From NCBI GenBank assembly GCA_963747625.1, contig CAVVGP010000161.1:1-41322 (forward strand): 41,322 nucleotides of DNA, in the 5' to 3' direction. The notes under the pieces were generated by a model. The model searched no databases and was not told where the DNA came from. It saw only the letters and a program-made list of their open reading frames with translations. Below are positions 34,216-41,322 of this stretch, one piece after another. Numbering within the stretch: the first letter of the stretch is position 1; every line of letters begins with the position of its first letter. Position numbers and translations under genes: made by a program. Origin of the DNA: an uncultured Bacteroidales bacterium. GTDB lineage: Bacteria > Bacteroidota > Bacteroidia > Bacteroidales > VadinHA17.

Positions 34216-35503
34216 ATGAGCAAAAGAGCAGTATGTCTGTTGTTAATAATATTTTTGATCATTCCTGCTTATGCACAAGAAAATAAAGAGCTCCAGGATT
34301 CATTTCTTGAGGCTGAATATTTTCGTATGAATGAAGCTTATTCAGACGCTCTGATAAACTATCTGCAACTTTATGAAAAACTCCCTGACAATGCAAACCT
34401 GGCTTATTGTGTTGGTGTATGCTATCTGAATATCCCGGGGAAAAAGAACCTGTCTATTGAGTATCTTGAAAACGCAACAAAAAACATGTCGGCCACACAT
34501 AAAGAGGGCACACTTACGCAAACTGCAGCTCCATACGACGCATTGTTTGAACTTGGAAAAGCATATCGCATAAATTACAGGTTTGATTTGGCAAAAGAGA
34601 CATTCGCCAAATACCTTGCCACACTTCTTCCTGACGATCATGAGAACATTGATTTTGTTAAGAATGAAATGGCGGTATGTGATATGGCGAAAGATCTTAT
34701 TGCCAAGCCTGTACATATACAGAGGAAAATGTAGGGGAACTCTTTAATGATGAAAAATCAAACTTCAATCCTTTGATTTCAGCCGACGGGAAATCTTTTG
34801 CTTATATGGTTTCTCTGAAATTCTATGATGCCGTAATGTTTTCAAAACTTGTCAATGGGAAATGGACAGCTCCTGTCAATATCACTCCTGAATTACAATC
34901 TGATGGAGATTTTTATATTTCATGTCTTTCGGCAGATGGAAAATTACTCTTCCTTTCCAAAGATGATCATGTTAACAGTGACATCTATATGAGTAAGTAT
35001 AATGGTGAAAATTGGAGCAAAACTGTTAAACTGAATAAAAATATTAATACAAAATACTGGGAATCACATGGTTTTATATCCCAGGATGGAAATCAACTTA
35101 TTTTCGCCTCCGACAGGCCCGGTGGTTTTGGTGGACTCGATCTATATGTCTCCCGTAAAATAAATGGTGACTGGGGACCAGCGGTTAACCTTGGCCCGAA
35201 ATTAATACGCAATTCAATGAAGACAGACCATTCCTTATAAATGACGGGAAAACTTTGTTTTTCAGTTCACAGGGTCATGAGAATATAGGAGGTTATGATC
35301 TCTTCAGATCTGATCTTCAGTCAAACGGACTGTGGAGTGAACCTAAGAACCTGGGTTATCCTATAAATACTCCTGATGATGATATATTCTTTATGCCCGT
35401 TGGAGACGGTAAATCGGGTTACTATTCAAAATTTAAAGATACAGGCGGATACGGGAAAGAAGATATTTATAAGATCACCTTTCAAATAATAACAGGCTTT
35501 TGA
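34216..35503 (+). pseudogene. PorE-like paralogue B: signal peptide, TPR and PD40 beta-propeller only. Two frameshifts.
   Basis: MSKRAVCLLLIIFLIIPAYAQ; GVCYLNIPGKKNLSIEYLENATKN; NKNINTKYWESHGFISQDGNQLIFASDRPGGFGGLDLYVSRKINGDWGPAVNLGP; GGYDLFRS…GYPINTPDDDIFF. Stops at 35503 with no CRD or cell-wall-binding domain. Confidence 0.7.
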
Positions 35504-35528
35504 TCAACTAAATCCGTTGGATAATTAA

Positions 35529-35536
35529 TATATTTG
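35529..35536 (+). promoter_or_regulatory. Bacteroidota -7 promoter element upstream of paralogue C
   Basis: TATATTTG at 35529-35536; ATG at 35542. Confidence 0.4.
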
Positions 35537-35541
35537 TTTTA

Positions 35542-37504
35542 ATGGCAAAATTCAGAGTAAAGATTATAAGTGTTCTGCTGCAACTAGTAACTTTAGTTTG
35601 CTTTCCGTTTGCAGTTTCTGCTCAATCTCAAAGCGAGATGAAAAAGATATTTGAAAGGGCAGAATCATATTATCTTTATGAGGATTATGAACTTGCTAAT
35701 CAGCTCTATCTTCTTCTTGATACTGCTGACAATCTAAATATTAAATATAAAATTGGCAACTGTTACCTGAATATCCCGGGTGAAAAAGAGAAATCAATCC
35801 CTTACCTTGAAGATGCTGTTAAAACAGCCACTTATGATTCAAAAACGGAATCCTTTAAAGAAAAAAGTGCCCCACTTGATGCCTATTTTTCACTGTCTAA
35901 AGCTTATCTGATTAATAATCAACTGGAAAAAGCACTCAGTACTCTGCAAACATTCAGTAAGCTGGCCCGGGAGGCAAAATCCAAAGGAGGAATGAAGAAC
36001 TTCGAGTATATCGATCAACAGATCCAGGCCTGCAAGAATGCAATTCAATATAAAGAGATCCAATGACATTCAGCAAAAAGACGATGGGAAGTGATTTAAA
36101 CCAGGGTGCAATAAATGAAAACCCTGCAGTTAGTTTTGACGGCAACACATTAGTTTACACTGAACGCAGAGGAATTGTCAATGCTATCTTCTATTCAAAA
36201 AAGGAGAAAGGAAAATGGCAGACTCCGGTAGAAATAACTGATGAACTTAATGCCGGCGGAAGATTGTTCCACATGTTCACTTAACAGTGATGGCACTGAA
36301 ATGTTTCTATATAAAAATGATAATTATGATGGTGAATATATATTCCTCTAATTATGTGAATGGAGCATGGACTCCAATTAAAAAACTAAACAAGAATATT
36401 AATACCAAGTTTTATGAATCCCATGCCTCTATTTCTCCGATGGTAAAAAACTGTATTTTACCAGCAACAGGGATGGCGGACAGGGGAATCTCGATATTTA
36501 TGTTTCTGAAAAAGATGCTTCAGGCGACTGGGGACCGGCAGTAAATCTTGGGGCTGCAATAAATACACCATATAACGAGGATACTCCTTTTATAACTCAG
36601 AATGATTCGATCCTATATTTTAGTTCAGAAGGACATAATTCAATGGGCGGCTTTGATAATTTCAAAAGCCGGAGAACAGGAACAACCTGGAAAACTCCGG
36701 CTAATCTGGGATTTCCTATTAATACAACTGATGATGATAAATTCTTTCAACCGGTGAATAATGGGCAAAATGCTTATTATTCAATGACAACAGGTTACAA
36801 AAAGAAAGATATATTTTATCTCGGCTTGGGAAGAACGGATGTCAACCAACTATTTGAAATAAAAGGAAGTTCAGCCTGAAAGATACTACTGTCACCTTTG
36901 ATAAGAATTATTCCATTCATCTTGATTAACAAAACATCAGGAGATACTCTCGATGTCGGTTACCCAAATAAGTATACCGGCCTATATAGCTTTTCCGTAG
37001 CTCCCGGACAATTCAATATATTTTATAAAGGATATGGATTTATAACTCAGACAGATCGATACTGCAATTTTGCAGGACAATCCTAAGATGATCAGATTAA
37101 TATAGATGTTACTCTGCAAAGAGATACTTCTATAATTAACGGATATAGCATGAAGCCACCTGTAGTATATGATAAGATCGATCTCGCACTAATACCAACA
37201 GTTGCCTCAGTTGATACAAGCATCTTGATAAGAAATCTGAATGTAAGTGATGTAGGCGATATCAATATCAAGGACTCTGATGTTCTTTACTATACAGTTC
37301 AGGTAATGGCGCTTCATAATCCTGTTGATATGACCTATTTTAAATACATCTCCGATATGAAAGTAATGTACAATGATATCGATAAGTTTTACAGTTATAC
37401 TACAGGTAGATTTCCTACAAGGGAAGATGCTTATTCCATTAAGACTGGAGTTGATAAGGAAAGGTTATCCTGATGATATCTTTATCAAGAAAGTATCAAA
37501 ATAA
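35542..37504 (+). pseudogene. PorE-like paralogue C: signal peptide, TPR, PD40 beta-propeller, CRD-like domain, C-terminal SPOR-like domain. At least 6 frame breaks.
   Basis: …FPFAVSAQSQ; GNCYLNIPGEKEKSIPYLEDAVKT; NKNINTKFYESHASISP…LYFTSNRDGGQGNLDIYVSEKDASGDWGPAVNLGAAINTPYNEDTPF; GGFDNFKS…GFPINTTDDDKFF. CRD-like FEIKG…TGLYSFSVAPGQFNIFYKGYGF. SPOR-like YYTVQVMALHNPVDMTYF…YSYTTGRFPTREDAYSIKTELIRKGYPDDIFIKKV (after dropping one G at 37447-37448). TAA 37502-37504 overlaps the next ATG. Confidence 0.7.
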
Positions 37505-39924
37505 TGAAAACTATATTCAGAAAGACTATCGTCTTATCTTTTTTGTTTTTTTACTTCCTTCCACTTTTTTCACAAGTGACATCCAAAAAAGTATTCGTCA
37601 AAGCTGTTAAGAAGGCCGATGATTTTTATTATTATGATCAGAACTATGAAAAGGCTGCCGGATTTATTTGAAGCACTTCTCAAAATATATCCCGATAATG
37701 CCAACCTTTGTGCCAAAGCTGGGAATATGCTATCTGAACCTCGATGGGAAAAGAGCTGATGCTCTGAAACTTTTATTAAAAGCATCCTTAAACGTAGTAA
37801 ATAACGAAAAGGAATATTCAGAATACGGGGAAAAAGCCCCTTTTGATACCTATCTTTACCTCGCAGTGGCATATCATCAGAACGACAGTCTTCAAAAAGC
37901 CATATCACAATATAATTATGCAAGAAAAAAACTGGGTGAAACTAAAATATTTCAGGATGATTATTTTGATAACCAGATAAGAGATTGCCGCTATGCAATG
38001 GAAATCAAGAAAAAACCTTTAACCCTGATAACTGATCTTTTTGCCCCATGGCTTATTGATTATCCGGGAGCATGTAACCCGGTTCTTTCAAAGAATGACT
38101 CGGTATTTATCTTCACACAAAAGCAGAATGGGAAAACCAGAATCTTATGCTCTTATAAATCAGGCGTATGGAAAAGACCTGTTGATATTACCAAGCAACT
38201 TGGAGGATTTGACAGGTTTTATTCAAATTCAATTACAGGCGATGGAAAATTACTCATAATTTTCATGGATGATGGTGGTGACGGAAATCTATATTACAGT
38301 CAGAGAAAGGACTCTGTGTGGAGTAAGATAAAAAGCGTGGGAAAACCAATTAATACAATTTACTGGGAATCCCATGGTTTCATAACACCAGATGGAAACA
38401 CGATGTACTTTGCAAGCAACAGGCCCGGTGGTGAGGGTGGATTTGATATCTGGTATTCAGAAAAAACTTCTAACGGCAAATGGGGTGAACCTGTTAACTG
38501 CGGGAATGCTAATTAATACACCATATAATGAAAATACTCCATTCTTCGATCCCGAAACAGGTGCGTTGCTTTATAGCTCCGACGGCTTAATCGGTATGGG
38601 AGGATATGATGTATACAGATCGGTGAAAAAAAATGGATTTTGGAGCGACCCTATCGATATGCCTTACTCTTTCAATACCTCACAGGATAATATCTTCTTT
38701 ATTCTCAATAATAATGCACCAGGATTTATAACCAGTATTTATGACGAAAAAAATAAATCGAGGAATATTTATTCTGTTGTGGCTGAAAACCCGGCTGATA
38801 AATTAATAACTGCTTTTGGAACTATCTCTCTAAAGGATGGTATGAATATTGACCGGAAACTGGTTCGTATAAAGCTTGTTGACCTGAAAAGGAGTACTCC
38901 GGAAGTCAACCTCACCTTGTCTGATTCAGCAACCTTTAAATTTGAAATTAAACCCGGGGAGTATCAGCTGCTTGTCAGTCAGGAAGGTTATAAGACCGAT
39001 ACAATTAATCTGAATGTTCCATTGTACTTTTCAGGCAGCTCAATTTCTGTTAATTCCTCACTCACTCCTGATAAGGTCTTCGGTGGCGACTTCCTGACTA
39101 TAAATAACATTCTGTTCGATTTCAACAGTTATGCTCTTACTGATTCTTCTAAAGCAAGTCTTGAAACTCTTAAATCTATCCTTATACGCTATCCTGATCT
39201 TACGGTAGAGGTTGCGGGCTATGCAGATGCTATAGGCAGCACTGAATATAACAAAAAACTGGCTGACAAAAGAGCCCAGGCTGTCATTGATTATTTTACA
39301 AAATCCGGAATACAGACTACATTATTTATTAAAAAGGCATTCGGAAAATCCAATTTCGTTGCTTTAAATAATAATCCTGATGGTTCTGATAATCCTGAAG
39401 GAAGAAAGTATAACAGGAGAGTCACTTTCGGAATTGTCGATCCGAAAACCGGTGTCGTCATTAGAAAAGAAACATATACCCCGGAACACCTCAGACAGCC
39501 GAATTCACTGAGATATAGTATCGTATTGGCCCGGACTAACAAAAAACTATATCCAAAAAATTTCTCTGTTCTGACAAAGGATAATTTCCTGTTTATCAAA
39601 GAAATTCAGACAGATTCAGCCACGATGTATGTACTAAGCATATTTTACACTAAAACAGATGCTTTAAAATACCTGGAATATGCAAAAGAAAACGGATTCG
39701 AAAATGCCTACATATTGAACCAGTATGAATTGGATCGGGTCTCGGGAAAAGACGAAGACAGTGTTGATAAATCCGTACTAAACCCTGACGAACTGAAGAC
39801 TTATACTGTTCAGGTGAAAGCTACCATGAATTCCCTTAATATCGAAAAAGTTTTCAAAGGACTTAAAGGAATAAGTGAAATAAAAACCAGCAGTGGCGAG
39901 CCGGAAAAGGGTCAAATGCCGTAA
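37504..39924 (+). pseudogene. PorE-like paralogue D: signal peptide, TPR, PD40 beta-propeller, CRD, OmpA_C, two SPOR-like domains. At least 3 frameshifts. The true 3' end is lost at the right junction.
   Basis: MKTIFRKTIVLSFLFFYFLPLFSQ; GICYLNLDGKRADALKLLLKAS; GKPINTIYWESHGFITPDGNTMYFASNRPGGEGGFDIWYSEK; GGYDVYRS. CRD ITAFGTISLKDG…FKFEIKPGEYQLLVSQEGYKTD. OmpA_C (~39091-39440) ILFDFNSYALTD…LTVEVAGYADAIGSTEYNKKLADKRAQAVIDYF…NRRVTF. SPOR-like ~39511-39720 and ~39800-39890 (YTVQVKATMNSLNIEKVF…). The last ~10 codons are G+C-rich flank sequence. Confidence 0.75.
39880..39905. other. Right compositional junction between the low-G+C core and the G+C-rich flank
   Basis: …ataagtgaaataaaaaccag|cagtggcgagccggaaaagg… The SPOR-like domain breaks off after …GISEIKTSSG, and G+C jumps (44/60 at 39961-40020). 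Confidence 0.6.
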
Positions 39925-40049
39925 CCGCACCGCCGCCGCCACCCGCCCGCAGACACCTGGCGGTGGATCCGCCGACGCGCCGCGGAAAGAGGACCACGGC
40001 CTGCGGCTGGCGACTGGCTACGCCGCGCCCCCGTTGATCCCCGCGCCGC

Positions 40050-40234
40050 TTAGCGACAGGTCCACCAGGGAGTGGGCCGGGGCGTGGAAGTGGTCAGGCG
40101 GCCGAGTTCGGATGATTCGAAGCTGGGCCGCCGCCGGTGCCGGATTCGGAAGGTGGCCGCCTTTTGGCGGCGGTAATACCAAACAGCAGCGCCCACGACG
40201 AGCACCGCGATGACGATCGGATGGCTGTCTTCAT
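40050..40234 (-). pseudogene. Possible small single-pass membrane protein in the G+C-rich flank (needs one frame correction)
   Basis: ATG 40234-40232 overlaps the upstream frame's TGA (ATGA). MKTAI…, then in the adjacent frame PIVIAVLVVGAAVWYYRRQKAA…, ending at TAA (plus strand tta at 40050-40052). Weak evidence. Confidence 0.25.
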
Positions 40235-40463
40235 GGTAGGATCGGTTTCGGGTTGAGGTTGAGGGAGAAGATTACGCCCACACGCGCTTTGGCGCGGCAG
40301 GTGCGGCCAGCACGACAGTGCCGTGCGGCATAGGAGAGGCAGCGGTCAGGGCCGCAGCCTGCGCTGCAATGTCCGCATCCGGAGCCGAACAGCCGCAGGT
40401 TGGCCCGCTCGCCGGGATACATGACGGCGGGCGTCGTGACCGTAGGCGGCATCGTGGAGGTGT

Positions 40464-41300
40464 TCACCACGGCAGGCACCTCCACCATCGGGCCAATGTA
40501 GTCGAGGGCGACACCGGGGATCGGCACGCATCGGGCGCGGGAGGCCGTCCCTCGGGCGCAGCCGGCCCAATCGGCAAGCTCAGGGCAGGCGGGACGGCGA
40601 CAAGGCCGAGTGCCGCGAGGTCCGCGATGCAGTCGGCGCGGGAGGTGACCCGAAGATAGATGTCTAACATGTGGAGAGTCGCCTGAAGCAGTTGATCGCT
40701 GACCGCCCACGGGAGGGACTGGAGGCGCTTGATGCCTGCCGTCCATTTGACCGAGACTGTTAAATGCACAGCCGAGATAAAGCAGGCTGGGGTAGGGACT
40801 GCACCGGAGGTCTTCGCTTGGACCGCCTCTGCAAAGGCGGACATGGCCAATTTATTCAGCTGATAGCTGGCGGCGACCCGCTTGAATGCTGCTCCCCATG
40901 TCCCTGCCGATGTTAGGATTCCCACGCTGGTATACAAGCATTCGGCTTTGTTGGCGGGCGTAGAGTAGATCCCATGCTCGGCCCCCACGTTCGCGTCCAA
41001 GACGTTGTAGTAGCCAGCGGCGGAGGATGGCCACGCTTCGACCACCCACGTCCCCGCAGTCGTGTTGAACCACGGCGTCAGGCTCGTGATCGTCGCCACG
41101 TCCGCAGCCCGCGTGACGGCGGCGGTCGTGGTGGGGATGGGGCTGGTTGGGATGGCACCTGCTTCAAATTGTATAAAGTCCACCGCGATCTTATCTCCGC
41201 TGGTCGCTACAAGGCAAACCCGATATTGGCCGATGTGCTTCTTGTTACCGGAGGCAGCGACACCCTCGTCCATCCGGCAGTTACCGTTATCGGCACCCAC
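40464..41300 (-). CDS. Phage tail fibre / host-specificity-like protein fragment (G+C-rich flank)
   Basis: 278-aa ORF. …KIAVDFIQFEAGAIPTSPIPTTTAAVTRAADVATITSLTPWFNTTAGTWVVEAW… and …IKRLQSLPWAVSDQLLQATL resemble the 'Q.E.G..ATS.IPT.G..VTRAAD … RLSDA.LQ.LT' C-terminal modules of proteobacterial prophage/GTA tail proteins. The last ~60 codons may belong to a following gene after a frame error. The upstream part may lie beyond the window. Confidence 0.4.
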   Translation of the reverse strand: MGADNGNCRMDEGVAASGNKKHIGQYRVCLVATSGDKIAVDFIQFEAGAIPTSPIPTTTAAVTRAADVATITSLTPWFNTTAGTWVVEAWPSSAAGYYNVLDANVGAEHGIYSTPANKAECLYTSVGILTSAGTWGAAFKRVAASYQLNKLAMSAFAEAVQAKTSGAVPTPACFISAVHLTVSVKWTAGIKRLQSLPWAVSDQLLQATLHMLDIYLRVTSRADCIADLAALGLVAVPPALSLPIGPAAPEGRPPAPDACRSPVSPSTTLARWWRCLPW

Positions 41301-41322
41301 CCCACTCCATCTTCATAACTGG

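Noticed and set aside
747-39890. The low-G+C block as a horizontally acquired genomic island inside a high-G+C host
   Set aside because: The content is core housekeeping (alaS, murF, ispF, recR) with no integrase, att-like direct repeats or mobility genes. Genes are truncated at both junctions, and the two flanks differ in G+C. A chimeric join is more parsimonious.
39893-41318. Plus-strand ORFs in the right flank (39893-40213, 40318-40659, 40974-41318) rich in R/G/A/P
   Set aside because: Their Arg/Gly/Pro-rich composition is typical of non-coding frames in high-G+C DNA. The minus strand carries the only recognisable protein signal.
1-41322. Stop-codon reassignment as the explanation for in-frame stops (TAA in porU, TGA in the GT2 gene, TGA/TAA in alaS near 19878-19890)
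   Set aside because: Most breaks are true frame changes, because adjacent ORF pieces lie in different frames. All three stop codons also end intact genes here: TAG for porU and the acyl-CoA ligase, TAA for the phosphoesterase and the zinc-ribbon gene, TGA for alaS.
1-41322. CRISPR arrays, rRNA, transposases or integrases
   Set aside because: I saw no regularly spaced direct repeats, no rRNA-like conserved stretches, and no ORF with transposase or recombinase motifs on either strand.

Overview
The window is a three-part composite. A low-G+C core of about 39 kb (~747-39,890) looks like Bacteroidota chromosome. It is flanked by G+C-rich sequence on both sides (1-746 and ~39,890-41,322). My hand counts on single 60-nt lines are 24/60 G+C at 31801-31860, 33/60 at 361-420 and 44/60 at 39961-40020. 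Both junctions cut a core gene: an LpxL-type acyltransferase lacks its 5' end and an OmpA/SPOR protein lacks its 3' end. I therefore suspect a chimeric assembly rather than a biological island.

The core carries housekeeping genes: murF, ispF, hutU, alaS, recR, a Nif3-like gene, an acyl-CoA ligase, a 2-oxoacid dehydrogenase E2, an aminotransferase and a sodium:solute symporter. It also carries a type IX secretion (T9SS) cluster: gldJ, a porP/sprF-family gene, porU and porV.

The most interesting part is 31,241-39,924. It holds four tandem same-strand paralogues sharing a signal peptide, a TPR region and a PD40 (TolB-like) beta-propeller; three of them (A, C, D) add a CarboxypepD_reg-like (CRD) sandwich. 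This matches the domain plan of the T9SS peptidoglycan tether PorE. Each paralogue ends in a different envelope-anchoring module:
- A: a helical extension plus a C-terminal transmembrane (TM) anchor.
- B: nothing after the propeller.
- C: a SPOR-like domain.
- D: OmpA_C plus two SPOR-like domains.

Caveat: most genes longer than 1 kb, including essential ones, are broken by frameshifts or in-frame stops. Two breaks resolve to single-base changes in homopolymer runs, which points to sequencing or assembly error more than to real pseudogenes. I found no rRNA, tRNA or CRISPR array, and the only mobile-element-like signal is the phage-tail-like ORF in the right flank. All homology calls come from motif recognition by eye, not from database searches.
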